A DNA stretch of 63,498 nucleotides, the filler included, from Sphacelaria rigidula (taxonomy: Eukaryota), in NCBI GenBank assembly GCA_964200075.2. It is 9 parts of 9 records of this genome, joined end to end, with 100 filler letters (N's around TTAATTAATTAA, not from the genome) between each part and the next. Parts side by side here need not be neighbours in the genome. Positions count along the whole stretch, not along the records: positions 49,467 to 56,432 come from CAXNAA020017164.1; positions 56,533 to 63,498 come from CAXNAA020017165.1; 7 more parts are not named here. One strand, written 5' to 3'. Below are positions 51,133 through 63,498 of this stretch, piece by piece (the stretch's first letter is position 1; each line of letters starts with the position of its first letter). Made by a program: the position numbers and the translations under genes. Below the pieces are notes generated by a model. The model had not been told where the DNA came from, did not search any database, and was given only the letters and a program-made list of their open reading frames with translations.

Positions 51133-54100
51133 CGTTCCCTGCGTCTGCAGCAGGCTCATGTCATCGGGGAAACGCTTAATCGCCGCATCCGTTATCTGAA
51201 GAGCCGTTCCAAGGTTTCCCTAGTTTCACGCGGTCAGCACCCGGTTTGAAAGGAAAACAGCAGATATGTACGCCGGGCGAGGGGAAGGGCGGGCGGGGGC
51301 GGGGCGGGGGTGTACTAATTATCATGCATGCCATAGTCACACGACCGTTGACGTCACATCACCACAAAGCCGGGACGGAGAACGCCGGGCTCCGGCGAAA
51401 GCAAGCAAGCGCGCGGAGGGGGGGGGGGGGACTCATGATTATGCGCGCCATAGTCATGAGAGCATGGACCTCACACCCCTAAAAAGCCGCGACGGAGCAC
51501 GCCAGGTTTTCGCCGGACCAGGCGTGCACTATATCACCAAGCGCGAAGCGCCGTGGGGAGGGGGTGGGGGGTGGGGGTACGTACTGTAAAAATTGGAAAT
51601 GGCGTAAACAGATAGACGGCAACACCGCACGAGTCAGGCGTTGAGTTAACCCTTTTGGGACCGGACTCGCACTGACCACACGTCAGGATCTGGTCTGCAC
51701 GAAGGCTCCATTTGTGAATCGGCATCACCTTGCAGCCGCTTTCAAGTAAAAATTACGTACGGTAGACATAAAGCTTTGGGCGTATATCATGGTTGACAAG
51801 CATGACTACTTAATTTTGAACTTGTGACAGGTCTGGGCAAATTTGCGGTTTGAGGCAGGTGCACTCAGCTCATCCAGAACGTGTTTTTTTCGAAATCGGC
51901 GCCTGCAGTGTCGATTCGAGGTCTGCCAACGTACATTTTGCCTCGGACAACTGAGGCACCCCCCTTGCCCGAGGGTCTCGTACGCCTTGGGTTGGTGGTA
52001 GGGTTAGGGTTAGGGTAATAGTTTTTGTTAGTTTGTTCTAAAAAATCAACAAGATATCTACGCCCGATACTTGAGGTCGCCACGAAAATGATGGTGAATT
52101 ACAATGGGCTTCCGCTCCCGACTAGTTCACTCCGCTCTCAAAAGCATTGAGATCGCGTGTGTGTATTCATCATGAAAATCATCACGGCACGGAACAGGTA
52201 ACCAAGGACTTTCGAATAGAGTGGCAAGGGGAAACGTTTGGAGATAGCAGCGATACTCATCAGTTAGATCGAAAAAACTGCACGAGTGCTGCGGCGTTGA
52301 AAGTGTTGTGGTTCGTGTTACACGATGAAATCACGTACATGCGTGTGTGAGTTTATTGGTGGATTAAGTGATGCACTTGATCTGCTATGGTACGCATTAA
52401 CTCGAGGTCGCGGAATGGACGTGATCATGCCGAGGTAAAACTATTGCACGTCAACAAAAAAATATATATCAGTATCGAAGTCAATATCAAAGGCAATATC
52501 GAAGTCATTATCAAAGTCATCATCAAAAAGCATCATTTGAAAGGTGTGTACCGGGGGAGATGAGTTGACAGACGTCTTAAGGACACGAACTCGTCATGAA
52601 GAAGTGAAGGAGTGCAAAGTGTCACACAGAAAAAAAACACACACATACATGACTTACTTTTGAATTCCAACTACCCACACCCTGATACCCAGCGTCTAGG
52701 CACCAGAAATCAACGAATGATCGAGCACCACACGTCGAGGGTTTCAACAAGAACCCCCACTGTATGGGGGTGAGTTAACCGGAAGTTGGGCAACATTCCA
52801 TCAGTGCTCGACACAGTTTTACAACTATCGCTAAGCCTAACCCTGACCCCAACCAAAGGCATATACAGAGAACCCTTGGGAAAAGGCAGGCGCACAGGGT
52901 TCTCTGGGCAAAATGTGGCGTTGGTACTCCGAAAATCGGCGCCATAGGCGCCGATTTGAACGAAAACGCGTTCTGCGCACCCTAGGAGCAGACGGGACTG
53001 TCGAGCCCCACTAGATAACCGATTCTCGTTGTCCACACTCACATCAAGTAACCCAACTACGGTTAATTCCACCGACTGTATGAGGCGGTGTGCAACCCAG
53101 ACGTTTATGCATACCTCTTTTGCCTCTAGGGTGGCCCACAGATTGAACAGACAGCCGTCCTTCATGGGAAGGTCAGCGGCCTTGCTCAGGATAAGCCGGG
53201 CCTTTTCGTTGTTGCTCTTGCGCATCATAAACCTAGCCCACTCGATGTGTCCCTTTTTGTCGTTGATGTGAAAGACAGAACGGAACAAAAGAGGAGGAGA
53301 AAAAATTAGGCAACAGGTAGTGATGCTACGGAACGGGTGCACAAATATTTTTGAGGTTAGAATTCTCAGAAGCCCTTTATCTTGCCCAAAACACGACTTA
53401 TGAAATATATGAAAGTACGCCAGGGTTAACATTCCAATGTGGCAAGGATATCCCGAATACGATTGCAAACGGGAATTGCCCCGGCCAATATCCTCATGCA
53501 TCTAGAATCGTTAGGAGCCCATGAAGCAGACAAGATCTTGCGCAAGAAGAAGTGCACCTCTACCCTAGCTTTGCTCCAGTGGAAACAATCAGATGAACAA
53601 AATTGAGCAGTACATTTTTTATGAGCTACTTCAGTCTGTTGGACGGACGTAAACCAGGGTATGGTCGACACAAAAATAATAAAAAAAACAAAAAAAATGG
53701 ACGTGGCGAACGAATAAAAACGCACACAAAGAACGAACGGCAGTGCAAGTATTACACGAAAGGACATAAAAAATTATCATGTAGAAGTTTCAGTTTCGTT
53801 TTTCTTGGGGACGTCCATCACGAGACCACGGCTGGACCCCTGGGGAGGGGGGGGGGCGTACTCATTTGTTGCTTGCCTTAGTCATTTGACCATTGACCAC
53901 GCATCCCTTTCGAGACGAAGCACCGCACCCTGGGGGGGGGAGGGGGTCAGCTAAAGTGCGACAACAATCAATCAATCAATCAATCAAGAGAAGCAGAGAT
54001 CACGGAAAGGTTACTGTAGCACAGAAGAGCAACATTTCAAGCTTTACGTACAAGCCGAAGGATTGAAGCACCTGTTCTGACCCGTACTCATACAGTTCAC

Positions 54101-55419
54101 GTCAGTAGATTCCAGAACCACAATTCGTATCGCTTGGCAATCCATTGGAAGGGGGAAAACGTTGAGTACAACAAGAAAGGAGTGCGAGGCAGATAGGAAG
54201 GTGGTTACTGTGCCAAAGCTAGGTGTGCTGTGACTCCTCACCACCTCTATCCATACCTAAAATAGATGCCTGCTTGCAAATTACAGAGATCCGTCCGTGT
54301 TGAATCATCACTGTTCACCGGAGGCCGGTCATTCCTAGTATTTTTCCGTTCGCTGTTTGTTCGATTCGATTTTGTCAAGTTTTTTTTCCATCGCGTCTAC
54401 GCCTTGGTGTACGTTTCACCTTTTTTTTTGTTCACCTCAGGTACGTCCACCATGTGACCGCGGATGCATCCCTCAGGGATCAGCTAATGTGCGACAATCA
54501 CTCAATCAACCAACCAATCAGTCACCGACTCATATCAAATCAAATCACCTCTGCGTGTGATCTCATCATATTTCCCACCGTTCAAGAAAGAAAAAGAGGG
54601 AGGATTATCAAGAAAATCAAACCAGAACACGAGGAACAGAAAGAAGAGTAAAAAAAAAAAAACAGAGGACAAAGCAGCCAGTCATTTCCAGGCGTTTGTT
54701 TCCTTCAAAGATACCCCGCCCACCGACTGGGCTAGGGCAGATCTTCACAGCCGCAAGTCGAGGGGGTCCCTCCTCGATATTCGCCGTCACTTTCGAATGG
54801 CTCAACCTTAACCGGTAGACGGCGAGAGTAGTTCATCTGTTTAATCGGTATCAACTTCAATTAAAAGGTATGCAATATTCAGATGGACTACCCTCGCGAT
54901 TCAAGGGTTAACTTGGGTGCCGAATGCGTTCAAGGCATCCCGACGTGGTCAACCAATTCCACGATCGGCCTCTGGAATATTTTCAGATTCATCTAGCCGC
55001 CGCGCCTCGGTAATGTAATGGTCCGACTGTCGCCGTTAGGTTGGAGAGAGCGAGGGATCGATTACCGATGCCCTCGGTTTTTTTCTTCGTAATGTCTGAT
55101 TCCTACCACCGTGGAAACCGTGAGAACGTGAGTAAACAAAGTAGTCGACTGAGTGTGTTGGAGGTGAGTTGACGCGGTGCGAGAGTGCTGATAGTCATGA
55201 CCCAACCCGCGAGACCCAAACGCACGGCGTGTACCGGGGGAGAGATGGGTTGATCCCTCGAGACCACGGACTCATCCCAAGGAAGTGCATGGTTTCAAAG
55301 TGCGCCAGATAAAATAAATGAAGTGAAACCCTGTTTTGTTTGCTCACCGAAACGTTTCGCGGGTCCCCCTCAACCGTTTCCTCTATTAATGCCTTCGCCC
55401 GCTCGGGATCGCCTCCGTG
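51133..55419 (-). CDS. HAT/TPR-repeat protein fragment (possibly HCF107/Mbb1-like RNA-binding type); exons 55348-55419, 53115-53252, 51133-51219
   Basis: Three phase-0 GT-AG exons read HGGDPERAKALIEETVEGDPRNVS / GHIEWARFMMRKSNNEKARLILSKAADLPMKDGCLFNLWATLEAKE / GNLGTALQITDAAIKRFPDDMSLLQTQGT, a WAxLExxxGN..AR..P HAT/TPR pattern. The specific orthology is inference. Confidence 0.8.
51309..51555 (-). mobile_element. Two tandem 5'-truncated copies of the poly-C-associated element (51309-51395 and 51430-51555)
   Basis: Each begins right after a G-run with (GT)ACT(A/C)AT(T/G)AT..TGC..GCCATAGTCA, the reverse complement of the family 3' end. Confidence 0.8.
51877..52975. repeat. Inverted pair of ~140-bp elements carrying a terminal hairpin and telomere-like TTAGGG repeats (51877-52016 and 52834-52975)
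   Basis: Reverse-complement homology. Hairpin AAATCGGCGCC-ATA-GGCGCCGATTT (52933-52957). GGTAGGGTTAGGGTTAGGG at ~51997-52015. Confidence 0.7.
53857..53923 (-). mobile_element. 67-bp poly-C-associated element inserted into the G-run of an (AATC)n-tailed SINE
   Basis: ACCC(C)TGGGG...GAGGGG is duplicated on both sides and the host SINE resumes after it. Confidence 0.85.
54812..54907. mobile_element. ~100-bp piggyBac-like MITE
   Basis: TTAA on both sides (54808-54811, 54908-54911). Homologous to the copies at 21327 and 26351. Confidence 0.75.
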
Positions 55420-57440
55420 CTGGACATACGAGGAGAACGAAGGAGAATACAGCAGAAAAAACGTCGTCGTTGTCGTTTTTGTTGTTGTATTCACATTGGA
55501 AACACATTCCGATATCTGCGGAGTACCTTCTCAACTTCCGTACTGGACATCTGGTGCGAACGCCTTCGGTGGTCAGAGGCTAACTACCCCAAAAAAGGTT
55601 ATGAGAAAATCATATGATAAATAGGTAGAACGCGGAAAAAATGAACAAGCGGTCAGGGTAGGGGGGAAGGGGGGAGGGGGAGTGCTTTAAACCCTGGTTC
55701 ATTCCGTTACTCCAGCACTGGACTTTTATCCTTCAAGTGCGGGAGGGCGAACAAGGTAATTGGCACAATAGGAGGTGGGAAAAAATCCCCGGGGACGAAA
55801 ACTTTAGCCAGCACAATCTCGAAGGCCTATGTAAACGAATTCTTGACAGGTCACTGTTTCAATCACATGTAAATATGTACAACATCAAGCAGTGTATGAG
55901 CCATGGCTGTCTCTGGAAGTGGCGATACCACAAAATAAGGCGACTCTTTGTTGGCTGTCATTCAAATGCAATATTATCAGTAGGCTTCGGGCGGAACAAT
56001 CTTAGCAGGATGCAGCTCGCCCACCCTGCATGCGATTCGTCGAACACACCACGGCGCTTCGCGCTTGGTGGTTTCAGTGCAAGCCTGGTTCGGCGAGAAC
56101 CCGGCGTGCTCCGTCCCGGATTTGTAGGGGCGGACCCCCAATGGGGTTGGCGTCGGTTGGCGATGATGCTAAAAAACACGCCACTCACGACGGAAGCTAG
56201 GCAACCAGGTTACCGCTTTCATTTTGCGCGCTTACATTGGTTTTTGCGGTAACCATGATGATAGTCGAGCTAGATCATGTTGTACGGCGTGGGTGAACCT
56301 CAACTCTGCACAATGCGGATGGTCGTTCCACGTAGTGTTTACACGGTGAGGCAGTGTATAAGCTGTGGCTGTCTCAGGAAGTGGCAATACCAGATAATAA
56401 AGCAAGTCATTGGAGGCTGTCATCCAAATGCANNNNNNNNNNNNNNNNNNNNNNNNNNNNNNNNNNNNNNNNNNNNTTAATTAATTAANNNNNNNNNNNN
56501 NNNNNNNNNNNNNNNNNNNNNNNNNNNNNNNNCTACGATCGGCAGTTCCTCGTCTCCCCACTTCCATTTGAACTTTACCGGATTTTTTTATCTTCGTTAC
56601 AGACGAGTACCGCAATTCAAGTGTATTCAGGGGAGGGTTGCATGTAGGGATTTGACTGCCGTTGTCTCAGCTTTTTCCTTAAACCACCCTCAGGGATGAC
56701 GCACCCTCGAGTTACCATCAGCACAGGGTGCAGGAAGTGGCAGGCAAAAGTGTAGGCTGTGATGCTGCTGTACTACCCTAACACCAGTTATCGTAACAAT
56801 ATCCTCTGCCGTGGCACATTGCGAACTTGACTAACGTGGTTTTTGGGTTTGGCACACTCCCTCTATGTCGTAGCGCGACCACCAGGGGTGCGTTAGTGAG
56901 AACACTAGGACAACCGGCCTTCATGAGCATCCGCTTCGAGAGGGGTCTTCACGTGGGTGCCTCCTTCGAAGGACGAGTAAGGGTTGGATCGGCACGAGAG
57001 ACCGATATGAATGGAGGTACCTCTGTTTATGTATTGCGCTGTCGACCTTCGTCGTTTCGCGGCGCGCAGAAAAGACGCGGAAGCCGACGCGTCCCTGCAT
57101 GTTTCCTCATACGCCCATGAAAAACCACAACGCGAACGCGAGCAAAAAAGAAACAATCGATACCATAGTCGCTTTCGTATTGTGCTGTGTTGTCCTACCC
57201 CCAGTATGCCGATGTACTGTGAGACATGCTACGAGAATGGAGGGATGGCGAACGCCATGAACGCAAAGAATAGACAGCCTACTCCGCCGCTATGAGGGCG
57301 GTATCCATCGGCCGTGCTGGACGACTGCACGGTACCAACAAGGTAAAATCAAACCACTTTTGATGGACAACCAAAAGGGGATAGTTGAATCCACCTCACG
57401 ACCTTGTCGCGGTGAAAGCCGCGGCCCTCAACTCTCTCAC

Positions 57441-59537
57441 CTGAATCATTGGCCCCTGAGCGGGAAGGACCTGAGCGAAAAACAGGAGACGCGCAAAAAT
57501 AAGCGGGGCACTGAGTGCATAAAACCCGAGGCCCCAGGGCTGACTCCGGTCAACTATTCGCACAATGAAGCCGGCTCCCAAGTGCAGAAGCGCCCAGATA
57601 TCCAGCACGTTCCAGCCATTCTTCAAGTACCGTACCGGGGATGACCTCATCTCACCCAATTCCGTCCAAGCTGCACCCTTGACAAATATGGACAGAGTTG
57701 CGTGAATAGAGTAGAGAAGAAAATACGAGATATACGTCAAACTCAGTGATGCCGTTTGAGACAGTCACATTTCAATGTACACGCGCGCATCACCTGACAT
57801 GACACGCGCATTATCTTGCTCCCAGTGACGTTTCAGACCCCTGCGACATCACACAAGGATCGCTTTGGTTGTACACACGAGACGTACACGTTAAGCTTCA
57901 TGTGGTGGGTGTTCCTGTCGCTCGTGTGACTTGAGTGCTGGTTGCTGTACAGATAACACAGCGCCGTGTGCGACCACTCACCACGATATACACACCAAAG
58001 GCGAACTCCCCCGGAGTCATCGGCTTTCCTGCGCCGCATAGTACCACCGACATGCGGAACAGCGCTATCATGGCCAGGTACACGACGAAATTAAAGCACA
58101 TCCGCAATGACGGTACATCATAATACCGGATGGGATGATAGGCGATCATTGCAGAAATAAGCTGGGCTCCGGGTAGAAAGGTGAGGGCAGCCAACTTGTC
58201 CGAACCGGGGAACTCGCAGCATGAGATGCGAGTACTGATCTCGTGTTGTCCACGCTGTTCCAAAAGTGTCGTCGTTCCCGTGAAAAGTGCCACCACCATG
58301 CGTGCGTGCTGTGACCGCCCGAGTAGCACACGGCCGCCCACATCAAGCGCCTGTAGCTGTCTTTGGTCCTGTAAGACGTGCTTCGCGTCCATGAGCTCGG
58401 GTAGGGTTTGGCGACGAAACTTGAGTGACATGTAGTCCACCAACAGTGCCTTAGTGCAAAATGTCCTCATGTGCTGCACGTGTTGCAAAGCAACATTCAA
58501 AGGCGTCTGCGAATCCAGAAGTTCTTCGCCCGTCTCGGGGTTTATCGCAGGCTCGAAGAGCATGCGGCAGTCAGCCATCCCGTCTTTGAAGCCATGAATG
58601 GTCTGTGGCAACCGCTCCAGAATCTCGAGAAGAAGTGCATCCACACTGTCCTGCGCCTCGGCGAGCGCTCGCCGCTCCCCCTCTGGTGCTCCCTTCACAG
58701 CTTGTGAGAGAGCAACCGATAATATCATGCCGGGTATGAAAGGGTTTTTAGCCAGTGCCACCGCTCCTACGCAACATTCTCGGAGCCAGGCGCCTGACCA
58801 GAGCCGGTTGAGCGCCTGGAGGTTGGTGTCGTCTACGTAAGGGTCTTCCTGCATTAGCCTTGAGAGAACTAACATCCGATAATCTGGCTTGAGGTTGGGA
58901 AGAATATCAGCAGGGATCTCCGTTTCGTCATCAATCGGTGTAGAGAGGAAAACTGGACGGCGGTCTGACAGGGCTCCATCAACGCCATCCGGACGAGAAT
59001 CGATGACTGCACGATAATCCGTTTTCCTTAACTTGCGTTCGGAGCGATCCTTGAAAAAGTTCACGTATCTCTCCGCCATCTGCTTTAGAAAGTAGGCACG
59101 CGTTGTTGAGGGTTTGAAGTCAGTATATTTCCTGGAATGGTCTGTGCGCAAAAATTAGTGAGCACGCTGAAACGTCCACCACCGAGTCGAGATAGTGAGT
59201 GATTCGCTATTCGCCTAAGCGCAGTTAAGCCGACCAACAAAGCACACAACATGCCCGGCGGCCTCATCGTTTTCGGTACACCTCATAGATCGACGCCCCT
59301 CGTCTCTCGAGGCTTATAGACCGAGACGTTATTTGCATCGGAGCAACGTTGTGAAGCGACGCGAGTCTCCTCCGTGACGGCCACGACACACCCGCGCACC
59401 TCATCTGCTTTGCGACAACTCGCGGTTGCAAGGAAAATAACCATTTTGCCGAACAACCCTTTTGTCTCGCGCATTGCGGCGTACGTCAGAGCACAATGGC
59501 CGAATTCTCCTGATTCCGTGACAAGTTTCTCGAGTTC
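57441..59537 (-). CDS. Ankyrin-like/TRP-type cation channel fragment; exons 59400-59537, 57982-59079, 57441-57677
   Basis: Three phase-0 GT-AG exons. Ankyrin-like GHCALTYAA. Pre-S1 P..RMCFNFVVYLAMIALF, then YLKNGWNVLDIWAL (the TRP S3 WNxxD motif) and FARLLFFAQV..AQGPMIQ (the S4 / S4-S5 linker GP motif). Confidence 0.85.
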
Positions 59538-60699
59538 CTGAATACCAAACACGTAGAACAGCAACGGTCACGGTGAAGGGGCTCCTTGTTCAACAAGCAA
59601 TAGGATTCAGAAGAAAATCACTCATGTGAGCTGCAATAAACGATGACGATAACAGTATCGAAATAGATAAGCTTTCGCAGAAGGGTGATTGACTTTACGA
59701 AAGCCCATATACAAGTGGTCGGAATGGACCACTCCATCCAGCGGCAGTCATTTCTATCCCCCAAAACTGCAACATGTACTTTAATATCTGGCAGCCCTAC
59801 AAGGATTGACTGTCGTAGTACTATTTAGAGCGCCAAAACGACACATGATGTGTGAGCGCTTGAAGACATATATTTCCGTACATTTGCCATGTGCATCCGC
59901 CGGTGTACCACTCGTAAGCCAGAGTCCGGTATACGGTGCGATTTGAACACCGGTACTCGGGCACAAGTTAGCATATAGCGCTCGTTAGTGGCGCAGTAAT
60001 AACCCTGGACAATCGCAAAAAAAACGAAAAGCTCCTGTGTTGGCCTTCCTCCTGTGTGACCCCGGCTGATGCGCCCACTTATACCGAAAGGTATAGACCG
60101 GCGTCCAGAATAGAAGGGACGAAAACACACACACAAAATAGCCCGGATCCATCAGACAAACACATTTTGTGCGTGAGTACCATCCCACGTTCAGGGGGGG
60201 GGGGGGGAGCGAAGCGACAAAATCGTTGCTTGAAAAGAACAATCTAAGCCCTGGCTTCAGAGAGTAGCGATTTCGTTGCACGCTGCTAATTGTCGATTTA
60301 GCAGGATAGTTCGAGGACGAAACTGCAAAGAGTCATCCTACGTAGGGACACGTGTTTGTCTTGAAGAAATCGTTGCCCGAAAAATTCCGGTAGGTGGTCC
60401 ATGCCATTCTTAAAGTAGGATAGCTCGGGGGTACACGACGCTTGCGTTGAAAGTCGTGCCACGGTAGGGGTTGCACATTTGGACCCAGGCGTTTCTCATC
60501 GAGAGGTTCCTGAAGTTAGGAGCTTCACAAGGATGTGGGTCAAGGCATTCCCATTTTCCATCCTTTCGAGGAATCCCTCGCCCGGTGGAATCCTCATCGT
60601 GGCGTTCTGTTACCTATTTCATGATAATAACGGTAGTGCCTAGTACTCATCGGTGGATGTTTTTCTTGCATACCTCCCCGGTGGGGTATTTGAGCTAGT

Positions 60700-61590
60700 A
60701 TACCCCACCACCAGTATCTCACCAACATCACTGCAACAGCTTACGAAATAGGCACCAATGCGTTCGCGTGACACAGGGCTGTCTGGAAATATTTCGTTCG
60801 GTAGATACAGTCCAGCACTTGGCCTGCAGACCGGTGAGCTGAAAACTCATGACTGAGGTGGTGGGGTATATAGTTATCACCACCTGCCTTGCCATCAACA
60901 CCACGACAGCTCACAGAATACGCACCGATGTTCCTGTGACATGTATTTGTCCAGAATTGTTATGCGTAGCTGAAACAGCCCTGTACTTGGCCTCCAGCGG
61001 CCAGTGGGACGAAAAACTCGCGGCTGGTGTCGTGAGGTACATGAGCTTATATATATATATATATATCCCATCGCCTGTATCTCGCCACCAGCAGCAAGAC
61101 AGATCACAAAAGACGCACCGATGTGTTTCTGTGTCAAAGAACTATCCAGAAATGTTCTGTTTGGCCGATGCAACCCAGTACCTAGCCTGCAGCAGCCGGT
61201 GAGGTGCAATGATGACGACCGGGTCTGGTGGTGTATTCGAGCTAATATATCCTGACCACCTCTACATCGCCACCAGCACCTTGACAGCTCACAGAGCACG
61301 CACTAATGTGTTCCTGTGACAGGGCTATCCAGAAATGTTTTGTCTGGTCGAAATAACCCTGTTCTTGGCCTGCACCGGCCGGTGGGTTGAAGAGATCATG
61401 ACGGGAGTGGGGAGCTTTATAAGCTTGTATACGCCACCACCTGTATCTTGCTAACACCACCATATCTCGCAGAACACGCACTGACGTGTTTCTGTGACAC
61501 AGGGCAATCCAGAAACGTTTCGTGTGGCCGGGACAACCCAGCACTTGGCTTGCACCTGCTTGTGGGGTGAAAAGATCATGACTGGAGTAG
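60700..61590 (+). repeat. Five diverged ~180-bp tandem units; two or more inverted copies at 62690-63015
   Basis: Core CAC(C/T)(G/A)ATGTGTT..TGTGACACAGGGC.ATCCAGAAA.GTT at ~60753, 60923, 61116, 61300 and 61478, and its reverse complement at ~62735 and 62920. Confidence 0.8.
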
Positions 61591-63299
61591 TGGAATATCA
61601 CCACCCTCGTAGAGGTGACGCACGCTACACGTTGTCTGAGCACAAGCTCCCTTCACCTACGATGCTCCGAAAATTGACCGCAAGACATATTTCATTACAA
61701 CTTGGTACTTTCCGCGAAAGAAGTGTGTTCTCAACATTCCCGTGCCGCCCTAAATACTTATACTTCTGTGTTGAACGGATGGAAACAACGATTAGAATAG
61801 GCTGTCAAAAGCCGACGGAAAGTGAAACGCGGCACGAGAACGGTCTTCAACACTTGCTTGGATCATATCCCCTCTCCCCTACAGCACCAAGAACAACGAG
61901 CACTGAACGAGAGAAATCAAGTTCCATCAGGATCAACCAGAACTATCTTTGGTAGCTGTTCTGTCCCTCTTTCCTGGTCCACTGCTGTTGTCGCTGAAAT
62001 CCCTAGTTCTCTTCTCTTGCGCGAAATTTCCCGCTGTCTGGGAGGGTTTGCAGGTCCGTCCTCAACGGTCTCTTTTGTGCCTGTCTGTTGCTGAAGAGGA
62101 CGAAAATATGCATTCTCTCTTACGACCTCTCCTTCGGTGCTTTTGCATGGTTCTTGACGCCTGCCTTACTCGCAGCCTCGTCCAAGAGGAAGAGTACGTA
62201 TTTCCCAAGGTTGACCTCGTGCGGCTAGCGTTTGACGAGGGAATATCAATCTCAAAAATATCTCTGACAAAGTTCCTGCTTTTCGCCATCATATTGGGGG
62301 GAAATCGGCACTTGTCGGAGGCAGCCCTGTCCTGCATTCCCCGCACTACTGGCTCACAAGGGTGCAACCGTCTGGGCTATCATCAAACGTGGGGCCTCAG
62401 CAGTTCTCATCGTTCCCTTCGCGGTGTCCATCCCACACTTGGTTGCGACCCGAGGACATCAGCACCGTAGATATTCTCCATGGTGAGTCGTTCTCGTCTT
62501 TGAAACGACGTCAACTGTTGTGCACATACGCTCCGTCGAAGGCGTGGTCGACGATCACCTCAGTTGGGCCAGGTGTCTTCCCGACAAGGGTAACAAGCAC
62601 CACAAAGTACTATCGGCACGGCAGGCCACGCCGCAAATGTTGCAAGCAAGAGCATAAGTGAAATCCTTCAGGGCTGTACACCACGAAATGGATCGGTTTC
62701 TGCAGGCCAAGCCCTCGGTTGTGCCACCCACACAGAACGTTCTGGGACAGCCATGTGTCACAGAAACACATCGACGCGTCTTCTGTGAGCTGCCGTGGTG
62801 TTGGTGGCGACATGCAGGTGGTGGGGTATATGAGCTTGAATATCCCACCAACGCAGTCACGATTGTTTCACTCTGCCGGCCGCTACAGATCAACTACTAC
62901 AAGGTTGTTTCTGCCAAACAAAATATTTCTGGATAGCCCTATGTCACAGACACACGTTGATGCCGGTGCTGTGAACTGTCGTGGTATTGGCCGCAATATA
63001 TAGGCAGTGGGGTATTTTCATTTCATTTTTGTATGTATAGATAGCTCTGCTTCGCAATCGCGCTTCCAATTTTCTATTTTCGTTTTCCTTTGTTAGGACC
63101 TGTCTTAGGCAGTGTCTTATCGAATGGTTTTGGTGTCGAAAAATTGCGGTCGAATCGAATTCGTTCGTTCCTTATTCGTCCACGCTACTCTTTCTCTGAA
63201 ATGGTTGAGAACATGAATGCCGTGGACGTATCAGGTATGAGCGAATTCGATTCCACCGTACGTTTTCGAGGCGAAACCACTTTGATAACGCACTGCCTT

Positions 63300-63425
63300 A
63301 GCACCTTTCTTTTCGATCGAAAAAGTGCGGTCGAATGTTTTTTGCCGATCTGATAGGTCCACCGCATTTATGTTCCTCGAAGGCTTCAACTTGAAATTGT
63401 AATTAGCGGCACGCGGAGGAGAATG

Positions 63426-63498
<73 letters not shown>
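63300..63498 (+). repeat. Dispersed repeat (also at ~21640-21755) ending in an (ATT)n microsatellite at 63428-63498
   Basis: Shared CCGATCTGATAG(G/A)TCCA.CG.ATTT.TGTTCC..GAAGGCTTCAACT...TAATTAG.GGC.C.CGGAG.AGAA. Confidence 0.8.

Noticed and set aside
51997..52016. True telomere
   Set aside because: Only about 3 TTAGGG units, internal to an intron and part of a dispersed element.
59080..59151. N-terminus of the 417-aa ORF as coding
   Set aside because: The acceptor at 59141 is out of phase with the upstream exon, whereas the CAG|ATG acceptor at 59079 is in phase, so this stretch is intronic.
35335..63498. ISWI, ABCG, TPR and TRP genes as a functional cluster
   Set aside because: They lie on separate contigs joined artificially.

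Overview
Eukaryotic, repeat-rich genomic DNA, most likely from a brown alga (Phaeophyceae; inferred from short exons in kb-scale repeat-filled introns, about 50% GC and the gene families present). The window is not one locus. It is nine unrelated contigs (4 x 6967 bp, then 5 x 6966 bp, i.e. size-sorted) joined by artificial 100-nt N44-TTAATTAATTAA-N44 linkers. Host gene fragments with phase-consistent GT-AG exons: an ISWI/SNF2 remodeller (contig 6, -), an ABCG/PDR transporter (contig 7, +), a HAT/TPR-repeat protein (contig 8, -) and an ankyrin/TRP-like channel (contig 9, -). The rest is mostly mobile and repetitive DNA: a decayed Ty3/Gypsy element, a probable LTR plus gag-like ORF, an RTE LINE 3' end, hAT-type elements with 8-bp TSDs, piggyBac-like and foldback MITEs, SINE-like families and microsatellites. 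Three things stand out: (1) a dispersed, 3'-anchored, variably 5'-truncated element family that inserts into poly-C/poly-G runs with TSDs; (2) an array of symmetric phase-1, 62-codon exon cassettes in both orientations (contig 3); (3) a 7-kb macrosatellite in which a conserved ~235-bp block alternates with variable arrays of CpG-rich octamers (contig 5). No CRISPR/Cas, rRNA or intact tRNA gene is supported.
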